This document shows positions 50,043 to 63,444 of a DNA stretch of 64,000 nt, piece after piece. The DNA is from Octopus sinensis. Lineage: Eukaryota. Both the position numbers and the translations under genes were made by a program. The DNA lies in assembly GCF_006345805.1 (NCBI RefSeq), contig NC_043010.1:66278001-66342000 (forward strand), in the 5' to 3' direction. Under the pieces are notes generated by a model. It was given only the letters and a program-made list of their open reading frames with translations. It had not been told where the DNA came from and made no database searches. Position 1 is the first letter of the stretch, and every line of letters begins with the position of its first letter.

Positions 50043-50739
50043 TATATACACTATGTATTTTGTCTTAATAAATTCATAACATATACATTACACTAAACGT
50101 GCTTTAAATTTTGGATCTATGCATATCTTAATCTTCGACAAATAATCGAAAGACTCGTATTTACAGAAACGCTACGAGAAATACAAGAACTGGGAAACAA
50201 AGAATCTTGCAAACCAAATCCCAAAATCGAAATATATCTAAACGTTGTAGTTTAGAATTTCGTAAACAATAAATAATAGAATACACCAAATAACAGTATA
50301 ATGTTTTCGTAATTTCTAAGGCAACGTTAACAAGAAGATAATTTCTCGGAGCATTAACCTCTTCTTTAGAATCGAAACCGTTTTTGATATTTATATCGAC
50401 ACAACCTGTCGATCGGTTTTATCTCTCAAGATGAGGTTAATGACCTCCTCCTTCCAGTAGAATATTTTTAACAATATTAGACATTAATATCAATTTCGCC
50501 GCCAAATATTCCGTTAGACTGTAAGTCTGAATTCTCCAATAGTTTTCTCTTTCTTTAGTGAATATTTAGTGAATATTTCCTTACAAAAGAACGACTTAAA
50601 AGCCCGACGCTAAGACTTTAACGGGTGATGTCTTTGACACTAACGCTACCTACATAAGGAAATCGATTAACACATTAACATTTTACGTTCATGCTTTTTT
50701 TTTTTTTGGTCTTACTACAAATTCCAAAAGACGATTTTC

Positions 50740-51614
50740 AGCTAGATCTAAATTCGCTCGCTCCTAGCCCGAAGGGAAACATTTGAATCTACAGCATTTT
50801 TGGTCAAAACCGATGGAGAACATGACGCAAGAAATGGCGCCCAACCAACTTCCTGTTTAAATTTTCTACCATGACATTTACTCTGCTACTTCTGCGCATG
50901 CGTCCGATATTTATTATATAGTTGTCTTGTTAGAGTATCAACATTGGGGCTTAGTTTTATTTCTTAACAAAGCATTTTCAAAAACTTACATAAATATGTT
51001 TTGCACTGTATTAGATACTTGATATTTTTTTTTTATAAATTTTAAAAAATATTTTTAATAAGAAAATTACAAATATAAATATTTCATTTATTTACAAAAT
51101 ATACACACGCATATTCCAACATTAAAAAAACTACATTATATATAGATATATATATAAATATAGATGCATGTGTGTATATATATATATATGCACATATATA
51201 CACACAAAAATAGATCCATACAATAATACTTGAATATATCTTACTCTCGTCCACGTGAGATTAGGTATTGTTGACTCTCCCTCTCTCTATTTGTGTGTGT
51301 ATGTGTGTGTCTCTCTCTCTCTATATATATATATATAAATATATATATATATATGTATATTGTTGCTTGGCTGAAGAGAAGGCAAAATTATTTAATTATA
51401 ATGGAAATAAGAAAGAAATAGAGAATTTCTGAAAGAAAAGAAATAATTTTTTCCGTTCACATTTTTTAAACTCTTTCTAACGACATATCAGAAAGAGGTC
51501 AGTTAGTATCCGCCATTTTCGGATCTTCCTTCTTCACACGGGTGTATTGTTGCTGCATGTTTTCATGACAACGTCATTGATTTAGACATTGTATATTGGA
51601 TTTTATTCTATCAG
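50740..51614. promoter_or_regulatory. Probable housekeeping-type promoter / first-exon region
   Basis: TE-poor, CpG-retaining; AAATGGCG 50832-50839 (YY1-like), ACTTCCTG 50848-50855 (ETS-like), TGCGCATGCG 50893-50902 (NRF1-like), CCGCCATTTT 51510-51519 (YY1-like), donor CAG|GTAAAT at 51614/51615. Confidence 0.5.
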
Positions 51615-52194
51615 GTAAATTCTAAAATTATCATATATGTTGCTAAAGTACCAGTTCTCTCGAATGCTGTGTTTTTTTCACCCCCCAAACCGTCCCCCGA
51701 CTTAGCACCAACCTCAAGTTGTTTACAGATTTATGAAAAAAGAGACAACAAAAACATTCAATTTCCGAGTTTATTCCTACCCATAGGTGTCCTGTTTTTA
51801 CATTTTAACTTCATTCCGTAATCGACCTGTTGACATATTGCACTTTATTCCCCAAGCATTTAATCTACAGGGTCGAATATAGTCGAATTCGTTGAATACT
51901 TTCTCAAGTCTTTCATTTTCTCGCTGATGAAACTATGTCGACCCTCCATTTTGTAACCACACTACACATGTCTTAACATATTTATACTGAATATCTCTCT
52001 CTCCCCCACCAGCAAAATATATTCACACTGTTTATATAGTATCATATACGTTCTGCATTTTTGTTCTTACTTACGCAATGTATTCTCATGATCATTTTGC
52101 ATTTCGTATTATTTTTAACAATTTTATAGATTTTTGTTTTGCATGATATCAAATTACTTCGTTTGCTGTGATACTTAAATGCCTCTAAGATATT

Positions 52195-53232
52195 TGTGTG
52201 TGTGTATATGTATGTATGTGTGTATAAATATATATATATATATGTATGTATGTATAAATATATGTATGTATAAATATATGTATGTATAAATATATGTATG
52301 TATAAATATATGTATGTATATATATATATATATGTATGTATGTATAAATAAATATATATATGTATGTATGTATAAATAAATATATTTATATATGTATGTA
52401 TGTATAAATATATATATATATGTATGTATGTATAAATATATATATATATGTATGTATGTATAATATATATATATATGTATGTATGTATAAATATATATAT
52501 ATATGTATGTATAAATATATATATATATGTATGTATGTATAAATATATATATATATATGTATGTATGTATAAATATATATATATGTATGTATGTATAAAT
52601 ATATATATATGTATGTATGTATAAATATATATATATGTATGTATGTATAAATATATATATATGTATGTATGTATAAATATATATATGTATGTATGTATGT
52701 ATAAATATATATGTATGTATGTATAAATATATGTATGTATGTATATATATATGTATGTATGTATAAATATATATGTATGTATGTATAAATATATATATAT
52801 GTATGTATAAATATATATGTATGTATGTATAAATATATATATGTATGTATGTATAAATATATATATGTATGTATGTATAAATATATATATGTATGTATGT
52901 ATAAATATATATATGTATGTATGTATAAATATATATATGTATAAATATATATATGTATGTATGTATAAATATATATATGTATGTATGTATGTATAAATAT
53001 ATATATGTATGTATGTATGTATAAATATATATATGTATGTATGTATAAATATATGTATGTATGTATGTATAAATATATGTATGTATGTATAAATATATGT
53101 ATGTATAAATATATATGTATGTATGTATAAATATATATATATGTATGTATGTATAAATATATATATATGTATGTATGTATAAATATGTATATATGTATGT
53201 ATGTATAAATATATATATATGTATATTATATA
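52195..53232. repeat. 1-kb compound (TATG)n/(TA)n minisatellite
   Basis: Repeating GTATGTATGTATAAATATATATAT with variable lengths. Confidence 0.95.
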
Positions 53233-53425
53233 AACACACACACAAATATATATTTATATATAGATATTGTAATATTTTATTTATCTATCTATACACACAA
53301 TCGCAAATACGTTATCAGATGGCAGCGTGATGTTAATTTTTGTGGGTTTCGATTTTCACTTTCCAAATTTCAAGAATCAACAAAAAGGAAATAACGATAT
53401 ATTATTTATATGTGATACACATACA

Positions 53426-53475
<50 letters not shown>

Positions 53476-54224
53476 CACACACACACACACATATATAATA
53501 TATATATATATGTATGTATATGTCTGTGTGTGTAAACATTTTGTGCGAGTATTTTTGTGTATATGTGTGTTAATATGTTTGTGTTAGAATATAATTTTAC
53601 ATGTGTGTGTGTGTGTGTGTGTGTATATATAAATACACCTCTATATGTATATATGACTGTATATATTACTGTATATTCCAAGCAAAAGATATTTACAAAT
53701 AAATGTAAATATTTAGATAACGATAGAGCCACGCACTCGATCGCTATACCAGCTAAAAATAACAGCTGAGATAGCCTTCAACTCGTTACTCTACTGTTAA
53801 GGTAAGAATAAATTGAAAGGCCCTTTCATCCCTGATATGCTTAGTCAGAACTGATAGACAAGAGCGATAAGAAACACATACATGTGTGTATGTATGCGTG
53901 TGTTTAGTGCTAACCCACCAAACTCTTGGTCATTGAATCACTCTGCTACTTCACTCAAATTTTAAATATCCATCTATCTATTTATCTGTTTGGTGATGCA
54001 CACGGGGAAAAATAGAATTCAAAACGAGTATATAAATATTTTTAAAAATATGACTGAAGTAGTAGTTACTCTATGGCCAACAGTATATATATATATATAT
54101 ATATATACGACTTAATACTCCGTTCTATGTTTATGCAAACGTAGATATGTAGAAATAATCAACTATATTGTAAACCACTGTGTGTGTGTGTATGTATTTA
54201 TATATATATGTGTATATATATATA

Positions 54225-54560
54225 TATATCTATATATTATATATATAATTGTGTGTATGTATTTATATATATATATAAATATATATGTATATAATTGTGT
54301 GTATGTATTTATATATATATATAAATATATATGTATATAATTGTGTGTGTGTATGTATTTATATATATATAAATATATATGTATATAATTGTGTGTGTGT
54401 ATGTATTTATATATATATAAATATATATGTATATAATTGTGTGTGTGTATGTATTTATATATATATAAATATATATGTATATAATTGACTCTGTGTGTGT
54501 GTGTATGTATTTATATATATATAGATATATATGTATATAATTGACTGTGTGTGTGTATGT
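54225..54560. repeat. About 44-46 nt AT-rich VNTR
   Basis: Repeating ATAATTGTGTGT..ATGTATTTATATATATATAAATATATATGTAT. Confidence 0.85.
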
Positions 54561-55737
54561 ATACACATATATATTCGTGCATACACGTATATTTACTCAC
54601 AAATATTTGATGGAATCATCATTTTACGCCTGATTTCAGTGTGGGCATGGGTTAGACAGATTGTTATGTTCCGAGTCTTACTATATTGTAAGCCGCTGCT
54701 TTCTATGGACTGTCTTTAGTTGTCATTTAGTCTGGTTTCTACGGCTGGATGCTCTACCTACCACCGACCACTTTACAAATTGTGCTGGATGTATTTTTTT
54801 GTTTTTTTGGTTGCACCAGATTTAGAGATATTGTCTTGCTTACCAACCACTCTTAGAGAGTAGAGAGGGCTGGGATACGACTCCACCATGGCACCAGCAC
54901 AGGAGGAGTCGCTTTGTACACAGAGAATATATAGAAAGTACTCAGCTTAAGAAATGTAGACTGTAGAAGGGAATTGGGGAAGAAAACGATGACAGGAGGA
55001 AATCCAGAAACAGGTCGGGGAGAAGGGTAAGGACATGAGTGTGGAGTTCTTAATATCCTAAGACACGTGCATTTTTGTTTTACGAGGCTGAAGAAAGGAA
55101 TTGGAAACTAAAACGATGATATCAGAAAGACAGAAATGGGTGGATGAACCCTTTAGTGTTCACATTATTCTGCCAAAATTAACGCTTCTTCATCTACATT
55201 GTTTTGAATTAATCATGCATTACCTTGTAGCTAAGAGATTCTGATGAGGTAGCTGTTAATTTTTAAAACAATATTGTAGGGTTGGTGTGAGAGACCAGTT
55301 CTGGCCAGTTTGAACATAAAACAGGTAGAATATTTTTGGCCGGATATGGCCGGTTTAAATGCTAATGGGTGAATGTAGCACGAGTATGATGAATATTATT
55401 TGGGTAGCAGGCTGGAGGGCAGTGACTGGTACATGACAAGATGGGGAGAAAAATAAGGGTGAGTGATGAGACGGTTGCAAAAGTAAGAATGTACAGTCAG
55501 TTATTAATATATTCATACAAATAACTCATCTAAGTTTATATATGTATATATACCACACATAAATAATTGATTATATATACTGGTATGGCTGTGTGGTAAG
55601 AAGCTTGCTTCCAAACCACATGGTTCTGGGTTCATTCCCACTGCATGGCACTTTGGGCAAGTATCTTGAACTATAGCCACGAGCTGACCAAAGCCATGCG
55701 AGTGGATTTGATAGACAACTTCTGAAAAAAGCTCATC

Positions 55738-55785
<48 letters not shown>

Positions 55786-56122
55786 GTATTTGTCCCCATT
55801 GCTTAACAACCAATGTTTGTGTTTACATCCCTATAACTTAGTGGTTTGGCAAAAGATACTAATAGAATGAATACAAAGCACAAGTCCTGGAGTCAGTTTG
55901 TCTAAAATCCTTTAAGATTGTGCTCTACCATGGACAAGTAGAATATGTATATCTCTTATGATAAATATATATATATATATATAGACAAATCAAAAATAAG
56001 ACCAAAAGCAGGAAAAACAATAAAAATCAAAAGGACGTACACAATGAATTTATTTAGATTGATTCTCAGAGAAAGTTTAAGATTGGCAAAAAGAAGGGGT
56101 GTGATGTGTTATGCTTTACAAT

Positions 56123-56155
<33 letters not shown>

Positions 56156-56574
56156 TATGTGCAGGCCTGGCTGTGTGACAAGGAGTTGGCCTCCCAACCA
56201 CATGATTCTGGGTTCAGTCCCCACTGCGTGGCACCTTCGGCAGATGTCTTCTACTATGGTCAAAGTGAGTGGATTTAGTTAGCAGAAACTAAAAGAAGCC
56301 TATCGTGTGTGTGTATGTCTGTCTGTGTTTGTCTTCCACCACCACTTGACAACCAGTGTTGGTCTGTTTACATCTCTGTGACTTAGTGGTTCAGTAAAAG
56401 GACCAATAGAATAAGTACTAGGCTTAAAATAAGTCCTGGGGTCAACTTGTTTAACTAAAACCCTTCAAGGCAGTGCCCCTGCATGGTTGCAGTCAAATGA
56501 GTGACACATAAATTGTGTGCGTCAGCGTATACTTATCTATATAATGGAATAATTACTGTGAAGCATTGTGTAGA

Positions 56575-56760
56575 ATATATTGAATAAAAGATCGTGGGTA
56601 AGGCCAGGACACTGCAAAGTAAATGCAAGGCAAATCACAAGAAAACAAAGATATGAATTGATGTAGACTTACCTTGCATTCAATATTTGTTTCCTTGTGA
56701 TTTGCCTTGCATGTACTTCGCATTGTTCTGGCCTTACTCACGATCCTTTATACAATATAT
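56575..56760. repeat. Foldback inverted repeat
   Basis: GATCGTGGGTAAGGCCAG/CTGGCCTTACTCACGATC and ATGCAAGGCAAATCACAAG/CTTGTGATTTGCCTTGCAT. Confidence 0.9.
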
Positions 56761-57500
56761 ATGTTTGTGTGTATTCATGTTTGCCATCATGAGTTCCAAA
56801 TTTGTACAGTGTGTGAAATATTCCATCAACATCGTTCAAACAATGCTGGTATCTACTTCACAAGTTACCTGAGGTTTGGCCCCTGGACTATTGATGCCCT
56901 GTAAAAAATCAAATTCACATCACTTAACAACATAGAGAGAAAACTTCTTTTTTTTTTTTTTTTTTTACCTAAACTCATCTTGCCTTATTCAGTATTATTC
57001 CAAAAGAAGTCGAAGACTAAATGGAACCACTGAAACGGTTCTTGGACAAAATCCTCCAAGAAATACCTGACACATCACCAACATTGAGATACATCTTGGC
57101 AAACAAGAGCTCTGTATGTGGGTGAACTATAACAATGCTTAAAAAAACTAAGCCAGGTTGTACTATTGAGTTACTATTGGCCTGCACTGAAACCCATCTC
57201 ATCTATCTATCAGTGTATATAAATATGTGTGTGAGAGCATATGTATTTACAAATGTGTGTATGTATACATATCTACACATACACACACTATATACATTTT
57301 TACAAGTGTATATGTGTGTGTGTGTATACACTCACACATATACACAATTGTACATAAAGATTTCTATTTTCATATACATGTGTATATTTACATATTCATA
57401 TGTATACATGAACATATGTGTATGTCTGTGTATATATATATAGTTTTTGTATTTAGCTTCCAAGATTCTTTATGTGAATTTGTGTGTTGAAGCCTATTTT

Positions 57501-57789
57501 ATTGTCTGGAGAGAGTCATTCTGTTTTAATGGCTCATTAACACACTTATTGGTTTGATTTCCATTCATTTACTTAATTTTTTTCTAAAATTTTCATTGCT
57601 TTTTGAAACCTCTTCAATAGTCATTGACTCTGTTATCAGAACTGTGTTCTCTTTCTCTTTTTTTCTTGAAAAAGAATGCAGCTCCAATAATGGACAGAGT
57701 CAATGACTATTGAAGAGGTTGCAAGAAGCAATGAAAATTTTAGGAAAAAATGAGTGGAAACTGAACTGGTGACTCTCTCCAGACACAAT
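57501..57789. repeat. Foldback inverted repeat
   Basis: CCTCTTCAATAGTCATTGACTCTGT/ACAGAGTCAATGACTATTGAAGAGG and TGTCTGGAGAGAGTCA/TGACTCTCTCCAGACA. Confidence 0.88.
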
Positions 57790-57817
57790 AATATATGCAT
57801 ATATATATATATATTCA

Positions 57818-58150
57818 TTTACTTGTTTCAGTCATTTTGACTGTGGCCATGCTGGAGCAAATCAGCCCCAGGACTTATTCTGTGTAAGCCTAGTAGTTAT
57901 TCTATCGGTCTCTTTTGCCGAACCACTAATTTATGGGGACGTAAACACACCAGCATTGGTTGCCAAGCGATGTTGGGGGACGCAAACATATACACACACG
58001 CACATATACATATATATATAAATATACATGACAGGATTCTTTCAGTTTCCGTCTACCAAATCCACTCACAAGGCTTTGGTTGGCCAAGGCTATAGTAGAA
58101 GACACTTACCCAAGGTGCCACGCAGTGGGACTGAACCCAGAACCACGTGG
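57818..58150 (-). mobile_element. SINE family A
   Basis: Match to SINE-A body and tail. Confidence 0.8.
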
Positions 58151-58377
58151 TTGTATATGAGTATGCATTCTTTACAGATATGTGTATATGTATGTACATA
58201 TATGTGTATATTTGTGTATGGATTTACACATGTATACTTAGGAGTGTATGTATATATACACATATATGTATATACATATGTGTATATATACATATGTATA
58301 TATATACTTACTACACAGCTACTCCTGCACCTCTATATATAAAAATAAATGAAAGAAGTTGAAAATGCACTGGGATA

Positions 58378-58581
58378 TGTTTAGAATTTTTATTTAAAAA
58401 TGTTTAAAGACTCACCCAGTTTCATAGAGTTCTCTAATTTTCAAAATTGAGATAGAATGATGTGGAGAGTCAGTTGCAGCATATCTCCATGTCTTTCTAT
58501 CACAACTTTTGAAAAAAAATCAGAGATATCTATGAAATGGAGTGAGTCTTTAAAAATGTATTAAATAAAAGAATCTAAACA
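58378..58581. repeat. Older, degraded foldback inverted repeat
   Basis: TTTAAAGACTCAC/GTGAGTCTTTAAA and TTTCATAGA/TCTATGAAA arms. Confidence 0.8.
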
Positions 58582-58770
58582 AATCCCTTTACATTTTCAA
58601 CTTCTCTTTCTTTTATTTTGACCTGTGTGGAATAAAATGACTGTTTTCTATACATATATATATATTTACACGTACATATGTTTATTTATGTATACATGCG
58701 TGTTTGTATATATTTATATGGATATTTACATATATACATGTAAATATACACATACCTATATACATAGGTA

Positions 58771-58822
<52 letters not shown>

Positions 58823-58824
<2 letters not shown>

Positions 58825-58980
58825 GTATTTTAACGTGTATAAGGAATCCTCTAAATTTTGGGGCTTCAAATTTGGAAAAGGTTTTGTAAGGGATTATACT
58901 ATTCCATGTATAAGGAACTCCTGTATTTTTTAAACCTAATTTTTGACAAAATAGGGTTCCATATACACATTAAAATACGG
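58823..58980. mobile_element. Tigger/pogo-type MITE
   Basis: CCGTATTTTAACGTGTATAAGGAATCC ... GGTTCCATATACACATTAAAATACGG|TA. Confidence 0.75.
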
Positions 58981-59155
58981 TATATATATGGATGTATGTA
59001 TATATATATTGTGTGTGTAAATATACGTGTGTGTATATATACATACATATATGTATACATACATATATGCATGTATACGTATATATAGATGCGTATATAT
59101 GTCTGTATGTATATTTGTGTGTGTGTATATATATATATGTGTATAAATATATATA

Positions 59156-59551
59156 CTAGCAGTATCGCCTGGCGTTGCTCGGGTTGTAAGGGAAATAACT
59201 ATATAAGCATTTTTAGAGAGTTATAGCCAAAAAATAGCAAAAAAATGCATTAAAAATTGAAAAAAAATTAAGGTAAATTTTTTTTAAAAATCGTTGACAC
59301 ATTGTAGATATTTTTAGAGAGTTACTTCCCTTATATAAAAGCGAAAAAAATGCATTAAAATGGAAAAATATGATGGTAAATTTTTTTAAAATCGTAGACT
59401 CATCGTAGACGCGCGCTAATACCCAGAAGGGCTCGATATGAATCACGACTATAAGATACCCGCTTTTGGTTAAACTGCACCGCAAAATGTGGGAGTAGTT
59501 AGGAATCTAAATCGTAGGAGACAGACACACAACTTCACTCTTATATAAAGA
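59156..59551 (-). mobile_element. Non-autonomous Helitron
   Basis: Same termini as 39473-40665: A|TC start, CCCGAGCAACGCCAGG hairpin, CTAG|T end. Confidence 0.75.
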
Positions 59552-60334
59552 TGCTTTTTTTTTTCAGTCATAGAGTTAGATTTATGAAGGTCTTCAGTAG
59601 AAAATCCTTCGAATTCTGACTCACTGCTTGATATAATGAAATTCGTATCCATTTTTTGTCAGAATTACAAATTTTGAAAACACAATAGGAACAAATTTCG
59701 GAAAAAAATCTCCCATAATTCACGGAATTAAAATTACACTTCGATTTTTGTACAAAACTGTATTTGAAGTGTTTACGAAGTATAATACGTGTTTTCACGA
59801 ATGTACTAAAGAGATTTACTCTGATATTCTCATTTAAATATGAATAGGTAAATTCGGGCGGTTTGGTAACGAAAGGGTTTATATAAGTGTCGTCTGTTTA
59901 TACATAAACACTGTTTCATACTTTCAGTTTAGTCTTCCTCAAATCATTCTGTCGCTATTTACTCTCTTCCAAGAACATTTTCACTCACTCTTATCTGTTA
60001 GCTTGCCATACATTTTACTCATGTATCTATCAGCGTGATAGACAGAAACAAATATTACATCTAGTTTCACTTTATTCGTTGCACACTGTGTGTATGCGTT
60101 TGCGTGTGCTGTAAACCAGACTAAGAAAAGCATTTGACATACACACCAGAATGTGAGTTTTCTGTAAATTTTGCTTAATTGGAGTTTAAATTTTAAAAAC
60201 TGGACCTGGCAAAACCCGATGCATTCTACTCTTAAAAATGCTAGGTAAATTGTAATTGAAGAAATCCTATATTGTAGATTTCTATAACTGACAAAGGGAG
60301 GCAGATAAAATCTGCCTTTTTAATAATAAGAGAT

Positions 60335-60893
60335 ATATGTATATATATATATTTATATATACATGTTGATATGTGTATGTAGATATATATATGTGTGTGT
60401 GTATATATATATGTATATATGTATATATGTATATATGTATATATATTATATATATATATATATATATATGTGTGTATATATATATGTATATATATATATA
60501 TATATATGTGTATATATATATATGTGTATATGTATATATGTGTATATATGTATATATGTATATTATATATATATGTATATATATATATATATAGTATATA
60601 TATATAGTGTATATATATATATATGTGTATATATATATATGTATATATTATATATATATGTATATATATATAATATGTATATATATATATATATGTATAT
60701 ATATAATATGTATATAATATATATATGTATATATATATATGTGTATATATATATAGTGTATATATATATATATTGTATATATATATATATGTATATTATA
60801 TATATATGTGTATATATATATATATAGGTGTATATATATATATGTGTATATATTATATATATAGGTGTATATATATATATATATATATATATA
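60335..60893. repeat. Long interrupted (TA)n/(TG) microsatellite
   Basis: Directly visible. Confidence 0.95.
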
Positions 60894-61225
60894 GTGAAGG
60901 CGCATGGCTCAGTGGTTAGTGTCGAGTTTACAATCGTGAAGTTGTGAGTTCGAATTCCGGACTGGGCTGCTTGTTGTGTTCTTGAGCAAGACACTTTATT
61001 TCACGTTGCTCCAGTTCACTCAGCTGAAGAAATGAGTTGCGATGTCACAGGTGCCAAGCTGTGTTGGCTGTTGCCTTTCCCTTGGATAACATCAGTGGTG
61101 TGGAGAGTTTAGGCCGGTATGTAATTGTGACTTCTGGTCTTCCATAAACAACCTTACCCGGACTTGTGCCTGGGAGAGTAACTTTCTAGGTGCAATCCCA
61201 CAGTCAGTCATGACTGAAGGGGTCT
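60894..61225 (+). mobile_element. tRNA-headed SINE
   Basis: A box TGGCTCAGTGG, B box AGTTCGAATTCC, CTTGAGCAAGACACTT core. Confidence 0.75.
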
Positions 61226-61316
61226 CAGCATGTATATATATGTGTATGTGTATATATATATATGTATGTGTATGTATATGTATGTGTATATATATATATG
61301 TATGTGTATGTATATG

Positions 61317-61360
<44 letters not shown>

Positions 61361-61401
61361 ATGTGTATGTATATATATATGTATGTGTATGTATATGTAT
61401 G

Positions 61402-61436
<35 letters not shown>

Positions 61437-62788
61437 TTATGTGTATGTATATATATATATATATATACATATTTGTATGAAAGAAAAAAGGTGTTCAGAA
61501 TGCTGGATGGTTGTAAAAATATATATTTATTTACATAGGTATATATATACGTATATGTATATAGGTATATATATGTATATATATTTGCATATGTATATCA
61601 CCGTGACCAAACAGGCTATCAGATTTTGCTACACATCGCTGGTCACAGTGTGCTTCACATTGTTTTCGCCTTCAAATGGCGTTACCCTGCTGGCTAAGCG
61701 AGCAGGCCAGCATATGTATGTATATATATATATGTGCAATTGTATATGTTTATATATGTATATGTGTTTATCTGCATATATATGCATATGTGTATATTAT
61801 TGAATGCTAACAACATTTAAAAGAATTTCAATTCAAGACCCTTAAAGAACTCACTGGGCACCACAGATTGATGTTTATGTATTTTCACATCTGAGTATTA
61901 TATATCACTGCTGTTCATACAACTTCATACAATTTGCTTTTCACTCTTGTGGTGAAACCCTTTTTGGAAAGACTTTCTCTCCCCCTCCCATTTTCCCGCA
62001 TATTATTATTTTTTTTCTTTTTACCAAAAACCCACGTTTTCGGATATGGAGATTCCGGAAAATTGCCAAAAATCGGAATATTGAAATTGCTCTCCACTTC
62101 CCCATTCCCTCCAATTTCTTCATTTTTCTCTTTTCCCGTAACCCTAACCCTAAAACTCGAACCCTTAACACCCTAACCAGGAAAAGTTTGGGAAATTTTT
62201 TTTAGACTCATAATCTCTAGTTTTCTGCATATTTTGACCAAAAAATTTCGGAAAAAAGTTAAAAACGAAGAATTTAGGGTGTTGGGGGTAATTTCAAAAT
62301 GCTGATTTTTGCCAATTTTTTGGCAGATTCATATTCTCCATAGCCAAAAACGGGGATTTGTGTGAAAAAAAAAAAATATAAATTAGGGGTGTTTTTGAAG
62401 GGGTACAAAAGGAAGTCTTGCTTCCTTTGTTACCAGTATAGGTATTGGGCCTCAATTTTTTTGTAGCCTGTTCATATTCTAGCAGCTACACTTGCAAAAC
62501 ATCCTCCTCCACTGATAAATTCACTCACCTTGATTAATATAAGCTATCAACTACAGAATGGATTCTCCTGGGCATTCGAGAAAGTCTATTTGCCCTGTGC
62601 TCTTAGTGTTTATTGCTCTTTTGTATATGAAGTTTATTGCCTGTGATACCACTGCACTCCTTGTATGTCCATTATTCCATATATATATATATATATATCT
62701 GTGTACATACAGCTCTACATGGGTATGTGTATTTGTGTGTATGTACAGATGTTTACATCTATCAATCTATCTGTATATTGTGTGTGTG

Positions 62789-62835
<47 letters not shown>

Positions 62836-62987
62836 CGTATATCTGAGCAAATTTTCATATTTTTGACAGTTTTGCAGTTTGCTTTGGCATAGTTTCTATG
62901 GCTGAATGTCCTTCCTAATGCCAGCCACTTTATAGAGGGTACTGGGTGCCTTGTAAGGGTCACTAGCAGCAGTGATGCTTCATATAC

Positions 62988-63229
62988 ACTCTCTCTTTTA
63001 CTTGTTTCAGTCATTTGACTGCGGCCATGCTGGAGCACCACCTTTAGTCGAGCAAATCGACCCCGGGACTTATTCGTTTGTAAGCCCAGTACTTATTCTA
63101 TCGGTCTCTTTTTTCCGAACCGCTAAGTGACAGGGACGTAAACACACCAGCATCAGTTGTCAAGCATTGCTAGGGGGACAAACACAGACACACAAACATA
63201 TACACCCACAAACATATACACACACATAC

Positions 63230-63264
<35 letters not shown>

Positions 63265-63421
63265 CATATATACGACAGGCTTCTTTCAGTTTCCGTCTAC
63301 TAAATCCACTCACAAGGCATTGGTCGGCCCGGGGCTATAGCAGAAGTCACTTGCCCAAGATGCCACGCAGTGGGACTGAACCCGGAACCATGTGGTTGGT
63401 TAGCAAGCCACTCCTGCGCCT
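62988..63421 (-). mobile_element. SINE family A, full length
   Basis: Match to SINE-A. Confidence 0.88.
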
Positions 63422-63444
63422 ATACCCAATTTTTCTCTCAACAC

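Noticed and set aside
52042-53245. 399 and 356 aa ORFs
   Set aside because: I/Y/H/T-only translations of a (TATG)/(TA) satellite; the same applies to ORFs at 30818, 32441-32766, 60363-60994 and 61210-61803.
62139-62180. Interstitial telomere
   Set aside because: Only about two perfect CCCTAA units, inside a probable MITE.
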